Below are positions 1 through 10,899 of a DNA stretch of 64,000 nucleotides, one piece after another. Numbering within the stretch: the first letter of the stretch is position 1; each line of letters begins with the position of its first letter. This DNA comes from an uncultured Chloroflexia bacterium (lineage in GTDB: Bacteria; Chloroflexota; Limnocylindria; Limnocylindrales; CSP1-4), in contig CAVZHW010000002.1 of the NCBI GenBank assembly GCA_963775225.1, positions 211,909-275,908 on the forward strand, written 5' to 3'. A model generated the notes under the pieces. That model was given only the letters and a program-made list of their open reading frames with translations. It was not told the origin of the DNA and ran no database searches. Position numbers and translations under genes: made by a program.

Positions 1-559
1 CCTTGGTCCGGGTGTCCTGGCCACCCGGCCCGCGGACGGTGATGGTGACCGAGTAGTCGCCGTAGGCGGCATAGGTGTGGCTGGGGTTCTGCGCATAGGA
101 CGTCTTGCCATCGCCGAAGTCCCAACTCCAGTGGGTGACGTCGCCACTCGAGAGGTCCTGCCACTTCACCGTCAGCCCGTCGGACTGGATGGTGCCGGTG
201 AAGTTCGCCTGCGGGGCAGCTGGCGGCGTCGGCGTCGGCTCCGACGTGGGCGTGGGCGTCGGCGAGGGGGTCGGTGTCGGTGTCGGTTGCAGCGTGGGCG
301 TCGGCGTCGGCTCTGCGGTCGGGGTCGGCTCGGTGGTCGGAGTTGGCGCTGCCGTCGGTGTTGGTGGGGCGGTCGAAGTCGTTTCATGCGTTGGCTGCAG
401 CGGGGTCGGCAGCACGTTGTTCACTGGGGTCGAGGCAGCAAACGTGTCGCCATCGACTGCCGGCTTTGGTGCCAAGCCGCTGACGGCCAGGAGCGCGACG
501 AACGTAAGGACGACTAACGCCACGATCAGCATGGCGAGAGTCCTGCCTGTGCTACCCAT
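1..559 (-). CDS. Secreted or anchored PKD-domain protein with a Pro/Thr-rich linker; the C-terminal part is cut by the window edge
   Basis: Not in the ORF track because it runs off the window. Reverse translation from ATG at 559 (alternative ATG at 532) gives MGSTGRTLAMLIVALVVLTFVALLAVSG (hydrophobic anchor or signal). This is followed by a (T/P)-rich linker, PTPTAAPTPTTEPTPTAEPTPTPTLQPTPTPTPSPTPTPTSEPTPTPP. Then comes WSWDFGDGKTSYAQNPSHTYAAYGDYSVTITVRGPGGQDT, a canonical PKD motif (WxFGDG..HxY..G.Y.V.L.V). Confidence 0.75.
   Translation of the reverse strand, partial: MGSTGRTLAMLIVALVVLTFVALLAVSGLAPKPAVDGDTFAASTPVNNVLPTPLQPTHETTSTAPPTPTAAPTPTTEPTPTAEPTPTPTLQPTPTPTPSPTPTPTSEPTPTPPAAPQANFTGTIQSDGLTVKWQDLSSGDVTHWSWDFGDGKTSYAQNPSHTYAAYGDYSVTITVRGPGGQDTRTK
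221..370 (-). repeat. Low-complexity GGCGTC/GGTGTC-type microsatellite-like tract encoding the (Thr-Pro)n linker of the PKD protein
   Basis: The plus strand reads ggcgtcggcgtcggctccgacgtgggcgtgggcgtcggcgagggggtcggtgtcggtgtcgg... This translates on the minus strand to TPTPTP-rich sequence. Confidence 0.7.
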
Positions 560-656
560 CCGCGCCCAGCGCTGCTCCTGTCACTGACGAAAATGTACGT
601 CGCGGCCATTGCGGTCACAAGGAATTCCGCGATCGCGGGCGGAGGCGTCGGGACCG

Positions 657-3158
657 TCAGTGAATGTGGTTCACCGTGCCGGCGACAATCGTGTACTGGA
701 GCGGCGTGGCGTCGCTGAACTTGAAATGCCACTTGCCCGGCAGCAGCTCGATGTCCTGCGTGAAGGTATGCCACGACGTCAGCGAGTACTGCGTCGCGTT
801 GCCGCTGTCGGAGTGCACGGCACCGGTCTGGAAGACCACCGGTGTTGAAACGTCCTGGGTGATCTCCACGGAGCTGTAGTTGTACGTCATCCTGAACTTG
901 TAGCTGCCCGGGAACAGCGCGAAGGTCACGTTGCCGGAGCCATCGGTCGTGCCAACCGGGATCCACGATCCACCGCCCTGCTCGACCACTCCCCCCGAGA
1001 GGCCAGCGCCACTGTGGTCGAGCAGGCTTACGGTCGCGTCGACAGTCGCAAAGGTGAAGATCGAGTGAGTCGGCTGGCTGTCGGTCTGCGTCGCCGAGCC
1101 GTTGTGGTAGTCCACGCGGACCTTGATGCTGCCCAGCGCACCGTCGACCAGCAGATATGCCCGGCCAGTGCCATCGGTAGTGCCGAACGGCAGCCATGAG
1201 CCGCCCGGCGCGTAGTCGATCACGCCACCGGACAGCCCACTGGCAGATGCATCGTCCAGGTGGACGATGACCATGCTCTTGGTGTAGGTCTCGCCCGCGC
1301 CCCACGTGAGCGGTAGCACGTAACCACCATCGGCCGGATCGCGGAAGTGGAAGTTGTAGGTGCCGGCGAGCAGATTCATCGTGGGCTGGGTGAACCAGGC
1401 TGAGTCGCCAGAGCCGCCACCGTACGAGAGCGAGCCGCTGTAGTACAGCGTGACCGTGGCCGTGTTCCAGGTCAGGGTCGTGTCCGCATCTGGGATATCG
1501 ACACTGACTTTAGTCTCAGCGGTGCCCTGGTACTCCATCTCGAACGAGTACGTGCCGGGGAACACTTCGGCAGAACTGGTGCCGTCGACGCCGGTCAGGC
1601 CACCCGGGAACCACCAGCTCGTGTAGGTCGAACCAATGCCGTAGCGCGCGTTCCCGCCGGCCAATGGATCACCACCGGCCGTCTCGAGCGCGAGCGTCAA
1701 CTTCCGCGTCTGGAACTGATAGACGGAGTTCACGCCGGCGTCCTGGGTCACCATCTGGGTCGTCCCGTTGAGCTTCATTTCGTTGGTCACGGTCCCCACG
1801 AGACCCGGCAGATCGTAGGCGAGGATCCCGGGCGCCGATGCCTCATCGCCGGTCGAGCCCGGAGCGAACTGCCAGCTGCCGGCCTGATAGCGTGCCGTCC
1901 CCCCATCGATCGGCACGCCACCACTGTCGACCAGGCGCAGGGCGATGAGGCTGCGCGTGTAGGTCGCACCAGGGCCGGCAGCGACCGGCCAGCCGAGCCC
2001 GATCCGGCCCGATGCCCCACCAGTCCCGTCAAGCCGGAAGCGGACCGGGGTGACACCGTCAGAGAAGAGCTCCATCGAGGGCTTGGAGAACGAGGCTGCA
2101 TCGCCGTTGGGCCCGCCAAAAGCAAGCGGTGCTCTGTACTGCAGCGTGACCCTGGTGGTGTAGAAGTTGAAGGTGGTGTCGGAGGTGACGTGCTCCGTCA
2201 CTTGCTGGCTGAGCGTGTGGTCCTTGCCCACCCAGACCGTTACATCGCCGGCCGGCACCGTGCTTTCTCGACAACCGCTGGCGCCGACCGGCCCCACATA
2301 GTGGCTCGAGCCCTCAGCCCACCAGGCCTGGTCACTGTCCAGCACGATGGGAGCGCCGGTGCTGTCGTACGCGCAGACGGTGATCGTCGGGTCCGTCGGG
2401 GTGCTCCAGGTCCCGGAGCTGGCGGACGCGCCGAGACTCGCGCTCGAACTGAACCAGGCTCCCGACGCGGTGACGGGACCCGGATCCCCGGCCGGCAGCA
2501 GGTTGCCCACCAGCGGGATCCGCAACACGACCTGGCCGACCACGCGCACGTCGTTGGCGCTGAAGTCGTCGCCCACGCTGTTGGCGTCGCCCTTGGTCAC
2601 GAAGGATCCATCGGAGTTGACCGTCGCGACCCGGTGCGTGACGACCGAGTTGTCCACTTCCATCGTCAGGATCATGCCCGGCTCGATCTGATCGGGCGGC
2701 CGGGTGATGACGACCAGGTCGCCGGCGCTGATGGTGGGCGTCATGCTCGCCCCCTTGACCACCAGCACGTGGTACCAGCGGTTGTTGATCAGCCCGTAGG
2801 CCACGAAGACCGCGAACACGACCGCCGCGACCAGGGCGGCGTCAAAGGCAAGGCCGACAATTCGCCTGACCAGGCGCAGTGCCCGGCGGCGTCGTGTCAG
2901 TGGCAGTGGGCGTGGTGCGACAGCCTCGACGGCCGCCTGGCCGCGGACGGGACCGTCTACCTCCGCTGAGCGTTCGGCCGCCGACGCGTCGTCCGGGTTG
3001 GCCGGCGGCTCAGGATCGCTGAGGTGCTGCAGCCGGAAACCGAGTGAGAAGAAGGTTGCCATGACGGTCACGCCGAAGATGAGGCCCGCGGCCTGGCCGA
3101 CAAGGCTCGATCCTCGTCGTGCCAAGCTGGGTTTCAACTTCGACTCCGTTGCCGCCAC
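657..3158 (-). CDS. SipW-like type I signal peptidase (S26, Ser/His type) fused to a C-terminal repeat (beta-sandwich-like) ectodomain of about 600 aa
   Basis: This is the ORF 657..3332, trimmed to GTG at 3158, which is preceded by AGGAGA and a 6-nt spacer. The upstream 58 codons overlap the TasA-like gene in another frame. One TM segment (GLIFGVTVMATFFSLGF) and a second hydrophobic stretch are present. S26 motifs seen: VVKGASMTPTISAGDLVVI, VVTHRV, TKGDAN. After the peptidase core there are repeated modules of the type LxDxxGxGLSGGxxxxxxGSWxPxGTTDGxGxxxxxLxPGxYxFxMxY. Confidence 0.8.
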   Translation of the reverse strand: MAATESKLKPSLARRGSSLVGQAAGLIFGVTVMATFFSLGFRLQHLSDPEPPANPDDASAAERSAEVDGPVRGQAAVEAVAPRPLPLTRRRRALRLVRRIVGLAFDAALVAAVVFAVFVAYGLINNRWYHVLVVKGASMTPTISAGDLVVITRPPDQIEPGMILTMEVDNSVVTHRVATVNSDGSFVTKGDANSVGDDFSANDVRVVGQVVLRIPLVGNLLPAGDPGPVTASGAWFSSSASLGASASSGTWSTPTDPTITVCAYDSTGAPIVLDSDQAWWAEGSSHYVGPVGASGCRESTVPAGDVTVWVGKDHTLSQQVTEHVTSDTTFNFYTTRVTLQYRAPLAFGGPNGDAASFSKPSMELFSDGVTPVRFRLDGTGGASGRIGLGWPVAAGPGATYTRSLIALRLVDSGGVPIDGGTARYQAGSWQFAPGSTGDEASAPGILAYDLPGLVGTVTNEMKLNGTTQMVTQDAGVNSVYQFQTRKLTLALETAGGDPLAGGNARYGIGSTYTSWWFPGGLTGVDGTSSAEVFPGTYSFEMEYQGTAETKVSVDIPDADTTLTWNTATVTLYYSGSLSYGGGSGDSAWFTQPTMNLLAGTYNFHFRDPADGGYVLPLTWGAGETYTKSMVIVHLDDASASGLSGGVIDYAPGGSWLPFGTTDGTGRAYLLVDGALGSIKVRVDYHNGSATQTDSQPTHSIFTFATVDATVSLLDHSGAGLSGGVVEQGGGSWIPVGTTDGSGNVTFALFPGSYKFRMTYNYSSVEITQDVSTPVVFQTGAVHSDSGNATQYSLTSWHTFTQDIELLPGKWHFKFSDATPLQYTIVAGTVNHIH

Positions 3159-3240
3159 TGCATGTCTCCTTGAGAGGGAAGACGAATCAAGAGGCTGAGG
3201 ACGGGTGGGCACGCCGTCCTCAGCCGAGGGTACTTGGCTC

Positions 3241-3813
3241 TTACCAGCCCGGGTTCTCGACCTGTGTCGCGTCGACGTGCAGGTTGAAATTGGCGGTCTG
3301 GTTCTCGTAAGCGTTGGTGGTATTCGAGGCAAGCTCGAAGTACACGTTGTAGCAGGCGGTGTAGTTGATCGGCAGGCCGCCGGCGAACGGACCGGGATTC
3401 TGGGTGTTGGTGAAGCTCAGGCTCGTGAGGGCGGCTTCCTGGATCGAGGGGGTGATCTCAGAACCACCGCAGTAGATCTGGTTCACGCGCACCCTGATCT
3501 TGTTGTAGAAGCCGGTCTGGCTCTCCGAGACGAACTCGTCGGTGACGCGGTACTTGACCGGCACCGTCGAGAGTGCGGTGTTGTAAACCTCGAACTCGTA
3601 CGGGCCGGACCAGACGCCGGGCATCAGGTTACTGACGGTGAAGCTGGTGGGATGCGCCTGGACGTCGATGTTGCCGGACGTGGCGGTGACGGCCACGTGA
3701 TCGGAATCACTGAACCACGCGGCGCTGCCGACGGTACCGAAGGCCATGACCGCGAGCATCGCCAGGGCAAAGGCGGCTACCAAGGTTTTTCGCACAGTTA
3801 CTGTCTCCTTCAT
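3241..3813 (-). CDS. TasA/camelysin-like (M73-like) secreted subunit with a SipW-cognate-type signal peptide, paralog 1
   Basis: This is the ORF 3241..3984, trimmed to ATG at 3813 with a GGGGGGAA Shine-Dalgarno-like tract upstream. The N-terminus is MKETVTVRKTLVAAFALAMLAVMAFGTVGSAAWFSDSD..., a hydrophobic signal ending in the AxF(S/T)D-type motif typical of TasA/camelysin family proteins. It is about 55-60% identical by eye to the ORF at 5159..5725. Confidence 0.8.
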   Translation of the reverse strand: MKETVTVRKTLVAAFALAMLAVMAFGTVGSAAWFSDSDHVAVTATSGNIDVQAHPTSFTVSNLMPGVWSGPYEFEVYNTALSTVPVKYRVTDEFVSESQTGFYNKIRVRVNQIYCGGSEITPSIQEAALTSLSFTNTQNPGPFAGGLPINYTACYNVYFELASNTTNAYENQTANFNLHVDATQVENPGW

Positions 3814-4241
3814 TTCCCCCCGCCGGTGACGGCGGCAGACTGCGAAATACGTGTTTGCGCAGTTGCGCGGAGACGATGGTCCAACGCGCAGCGTCCGGAC
3901 GTCATAGCCCACGAGTCCCATGGGGGGCCCAGGCGATAGTCCCAATTCGTGCGTACTGCCCGCCTTGGCCTCGCCCTTGGGCATCTGTCAGCGGCGCGGG
4001 ACTAGTGCGTTGGTACGTGGCAGCCCAAACGGTCAGCGGGGCGACCGTTCCCAGTCGTCGTGGTTGCGGCGATGAGGTGGGGCTGGGCGACGGTTCACGC
4101 TCGCGAGCAGGCTGCGCCTCGGTCGGCGCCGGTGCGGCGTTGGGGTCGGTGTCGACATGGACGTCGAAGTCGGCAGGACCCGCAGGTGAAGCACCTTGGT
4201 CCTGCTGTCCGGGCCGGCCGCTCCGCCGTGCGTCAGAGACG

Positions 4242-5075
4242 TCAGGGAGCCGGAATCGCGCTCCAGGTCGACCCTTCGGCCGACCCTCCGACGGTCAGCA
4301 GGGCGCTGAACCACGCTCCAGACGCGTGGGCCACGGCCGCATCTCCAGTGGGTAGCAGGTTGCCGATGAGAGGGATGCGAAACAGGTACTGCCCGACCAC
4401 ACCGACCGTGTTTCCGCTGAAGTCGTCGCCCACGGAATTGGCGTCGCCCTTGGTGACGAACGTGCCATCCGGGTTGACCTTCTCAACGCGGTGGGTGACG
4501 ACCGAGTTATCCACTTCCATCGTCAGGATCATGCCTGGCTCGATCTGTGCCGGCGGCGGGGTTATGACGATCAGGTCGCCGGCCGTGATGGTCGGATACA
4601 TGCTCCCGCCCTCGACCACGAGCACGTGGTACCAGCGGTTGTTGACCAGCCCGTAGGCGACGAACACGGCGAGCACGACGGCTGCGATCAGGGCCGTGTC
4701 GAGAGCGACGCCTGCCACCCGCCTAGCCAGCCCGAGGGCTTGTCGGCGGCGTGTCAGCGGCGGCCGGGCGGTAATGGCGGTCTCAGGGGGCGAGTCGATG
4801 ACGACAGGCTCGCCCGCAGCGGGCCGCTCCGCATCGGGCCGCTCCGCATCCGGCTCGTTCGCAGTCGCCTCGTTACCCGCCGGGCCGTCCAATCCGGACT
4901 CGTCAGCCGTGTCTTGCGTGGGCGGGGCGATGGTCACGCGCAGCAAATGGACCACGATGGCGAAGAAGGCGGCAACGACCGCCAGGACGACGATGAGCTC
5001 GACCACCTGACCGGCCGGACTCGCACCAGGCCGCTCGAACGTGGACTTGCGGACCGATTTGTTGGCCGCCATCAC
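4242..5075 (-). CDS. SipW-like type I signal peptidase (S26), short paralog
   Basis: Motifs seen: VVEGGSMYPTITAGDLIVI, VVTHRV, TKGDANS, FRIPLIGNLLP. There is an N-terminal TM (VVELIVVLAVVAAFFAIVV) and a second TM before the catalytic Ser. The start is GTG at 5075 or ATG at 5072, behind GGTGGAGA. The peptidase core is clearly paralogous to that of 657..3158. Confidence 0.85.
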   Translation of the reverse strand: MMAANKSVRKSTFERPGASPAGQVVELIVVLAVVAAFFAIVVHLLRVTIAPPTQDTADESGLDGPAGNEATANEPDAERPDAERPAAGEPVVIDSPPETAITARPPLTRRRQALGLARRVAGVALDTALIAAVVLAVFVAYGLVNNRWYHVLVVEGGSMYPTITAGDLIVITPPPAQIEPGMILTMEVDNSVVTHRVEKVNPDGTFVTKGDANSVGDDFSGNTVGVVGQYLFRIPLIGNLLPTGDAAVAHASGAWFSALLTVGGSAEGSTWSAIPAP

Positions 5076-5158
5076 GGTATCTCCACCTAGAGAAAGAAAG
5101 TCGCTCGGTTGAGGATGGACGCGCTGCGCCCATCCTCAGCCCTTCGATATTGGCTGTC

Positions 5159-5725
5159 TTACTGAGCCCAGCCCGGGTTCTCGAGCTGAGTCGCGTCGAC
5201 ATCCAAATTGAAGTGAGCGGTCTGGCTCTGGAACGTGTTCGGTGTGGCGTCCAAAAGCTTGAAGTACAGGTTGTAGCACGCGGTGGTGTTGATCGGAAGG
5301 CCCGTCGTGAACAACGTTGGCCCATTCGCGTTGGTGAAGACGAGGTTCTCAAGGAGACCTTGGTAGGTAGCGGGCGTGATTTCTGGACCATTGACGCCGC
5401 AGTACCACTGGTTGACCTTGACCAAGATTTGGTCGTAGAAACCAGCAACGGTCTGCGAGACGAACTCGTCCATCACTCGATACTTCACCGGGACCGTGGA
5501 ATCGGGCTCGTTGTGGATCTGGACCATGTATGCATCCGTCCACACGCCCGGCATCAGGTTGCTGACAGTGAAGTCGGTCGGATCGGCCGTGACATGGACC
5601 TTGCCAGACGTGGCGGTGACGGCCACGGTGTCAGAGCTGGTGAACCATGCGGCGCTGCCAATGGCGCCGTAGGCCATCACCGCGGTCAGGGCAAGAGCAA
5701 AAACGAATACCAGGGGCTTACGCAC
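5159..5725 (-). CDS. TasA/camelysin-like secreted subunit, paralog 2
   Basis: MRKPLVFVFALALTAVMAYGAIGSAAWFTSSDTVAVTATSGKVHV... The start is GTG, preceded by AAGGAG. It shares with paralog 1 the blocks FTVSNLMPGVW, TVPVKYRV.DEFVS, GLPIN.TACYN.YF and DATQ.ENPGW, plus two conserved Cys. Confidence 0.85.
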   Translation of the reverse strand: MRKPLVFVFALALTAVMAYGAIGSAAWFTSSDTVAVTATSGKVHVTADPTDFTVSNLMPGVWTDAYMVQIHNEPDSTVPVKYRVMDEFVSQTVAGFYDQILVKVNQWYCGVNGPEITPATYQGLLENLVFTNANGPTLFTTGLPINTTACYNLYFKLLDATPNTFQSQTAHFNLDVDATQLENPGWAQ

Positions 5726-6114
5726 GATTAGTTACTCCTTGACTTGGCCGCCGGGCACGGCGGCGTGACCGAGACTGCCTGTGCCATCCCGGAGACAGGC
5801 GTCAAGAACGCTAGGCAATAGACCATCCCCTCCCACTGCGAGATCGCGTGCAGCGCTCGTTACGCGGCTGCGCCCGCTGCAGCCTTCCTGTTCTCCCAGG
5901 GCACTCGTCGTGCGGGCCTTCGAGCACCGGTGCCGCGGCCGTTAGTACTAGTCAGGGCCAGTACGAAAGGCATGTGCCGGATGGACCCCGGGGTGGGCCA
6001 AAGGGCCCTCCAGCGCCTTGGGTGGGACGGTCGCTGTCGCGTCTAAACTGCGTTGTTGTGAACGAATCGGGCTCGACGGCAAGGATCGCGGGGGTCGTCG
6101 AACGTGGTGCGCGG

Positions 6115-9816
<3,702 letters not shown>

Positions 9817-9823
9817 CACCACC

Positions 9824-10015
9824 TTGGCAGCCTGACCCGCACCGTACCCGGCAGCCTGCGGCACCCCTACCCGGCAGCCTGACCGCACCCCTACCCGGCA
9901 GCCTGACCGCACCCCTACCCGGCAGCCTGACCCCACCCCGTCCCCGGCAGCCTGCCGCACCCCTACCCGGCAGCCTGGCGCACCCCGTCCCCGGCAGCCT
10001 GACTCCGATCTCCCC
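9824..10015. repeat. Tandem repeat, about 24-bp unit (CCGGCAGCCTGACCGCACCCCTAC), about 8 copies
   Basis: Direct reading of 9824-10015, immediately downstream of the metH stop codon. Copies diverge by a few substitutions or 1-nt indels. Confidence 0.9.
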
Positions 10016-10045
10016 CGACCGCCGTCACCTCCCCCAAAGAGACGG

Positions 10046-10164
10046 TTGATGCGCGCAGGGGATCGCAAACAGGCAATTCCCTGCATGAACCCTGCCTGAA
10101 TCGGTCGATTCGCGGCCACATCACTCAGGGAATCGGCGGCAGGCGATGCTCCACGCGCATCATG
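10046..10164 (+). repeat. Rod-hairpin intergenic repeat element, copy 1
   Basis: TTGATGCGCGCAGGGGATCGC...AATTCCCTGCA...GAATCGGTCGATTC...TCAGGGAATCGGCGGCAGGCGATGCTCCACGCGCATCATGA. The termini TGATGCGCG and CGCGCATCA are perfect inverted repeats. Nested complementary blocks are GGGGATCGC/GCGATGCTCC and AATTCCCTG/CAGGGAATC. The element sits inside a block of about 180 bp (10018..10200) that is duplicated at 10448..10628. Confidence 0.85.
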
Positions 10165-10222
10165 ACCGGGCAGAGCGGTCGCCAGTGAGGGCCAGGCGGG
10201 GAGGTCGGCCAGGAGGGCCGGC

Positions 10223-10421
10223 GGGAGATCGCCAGCCAGTCGGGTAGGTCGCCACGCGGGAGATCGCCAGCCAGTCGGGTAGGTCGCCACGCGGGAGATC
10301 GCCAGCCCAGTCGGGTAGGTCGCCACGCGGGAGATCGCCAGCCAGTCGGGTAGGTCGCCACGCGGGAGATCGCCAGCCCAGTCGGGTAGGTCGCCACGCG
10401 GGAGATCGCCAGCCAGTCGGG
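10223..10421. repeat. Tandem repeat, 35/36-bp unit (GGGAGATCGCCAGCCAGTCGGGTAGGTCGCCACGC), about 5.5 copies
   Basis: Direct reading. It lies between hairpin-element copies 1 and 2. Confidence 0.9.
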
Positions 10422-10474
10422 ATCGGCAGCGCTGGGCAGCGCCCCGACCGCCATCACCTCTCCCAAAGAGACGG

Positions 10475-10593
10475 TTGATGCGCGCAGAGGATCGCAAACA
10501 GGCAATTCCCTGCATGAACCCTGCCTGAATCGGTCGAATCGCGGCCACATCACTCAGGGAATCGGCGGCAGGCGATGCTCCACGCGCATCATG
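10475..10593 (+). repeat. Rod-hairpin intergenic repeat element, copy 2
   Basis: Near-identical to copy 1, with 2-3 substitutions over the whole 180-bp block. It is offset from copy 1 by 429 bp. Confidence 0.85.
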
Positions 10594-10691
10594 ACCGGGC
10601 AGAGCGGTCGCCAGTGAGGGCCAGGCGGGAAGGTCGGCGGTGAGGGCGAGGCGGGTGGTCGGCACGTGGGAGATCGGCAGACGGGAGGGCG

Positions 10692-10780
10692 GCGGAGATC
10701 GGGGTCAGAGGGGAAGATCGGCGGAGATCGGGGTCAGAGGGGAAGATCGGGCGAGATCGGGGCCAGGCGGGAGATCGGCA
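10692..10780. repeat. Tandem repeat, about 29-bp unit (GCGGAGATCGGGGTCAGAGGGGAAGATCG), about 3 copies
   Basis: Direct reading. It abuts the left end of the IS21-family element. Confidence 0.8.
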
Positions 10781-10899
10781 AGCGGGGTTTCTGTCGACGC
10801 CGGGTGAAAACTGAGCACTTCTCGCCGGTCGAAAACTGAGCACCCTTTCGGTTCGACTGGCACCCTCGACCACGACGAGCTCGTGTCGAGGAGGAAGGA

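Noticed and set aside
3814-4241. Possible remnant of a C-terminal repeat domain downstream of the short SipW-like gene. One minus-strand frame stays open for about 115 codons.
   Set aside because: The open frame has no start codon and no similarity to the repeat modules of the long paralog. Its composition is P/A/R-rich. It was treated as an intergenic or promoter region for TasA-like 1.
5726-6114. Possible riboswitch (SAM or cobalamin) in the 390-nt region upstream of metH.
   Set aside because: GC-rich hairpins are present (for example GGGCCAAAGGGCCC). I could not find a B12 box or recognisable SAM-I, SAM-II or SAM-IV core motifs by eye. The region also has to hold the divergent promoter of the TasA-like gene. 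A cmsearch against Rfam would settle it.
10018-10628. Possible CRISPR array, given conserved 180-bp units separated by different sequence.
   Set aside because: The units are far longer than CRISPR repeats and only two copies occur per locus. The intervening 'spacers' are themselves tandem repeats. No cas genes are in the window.
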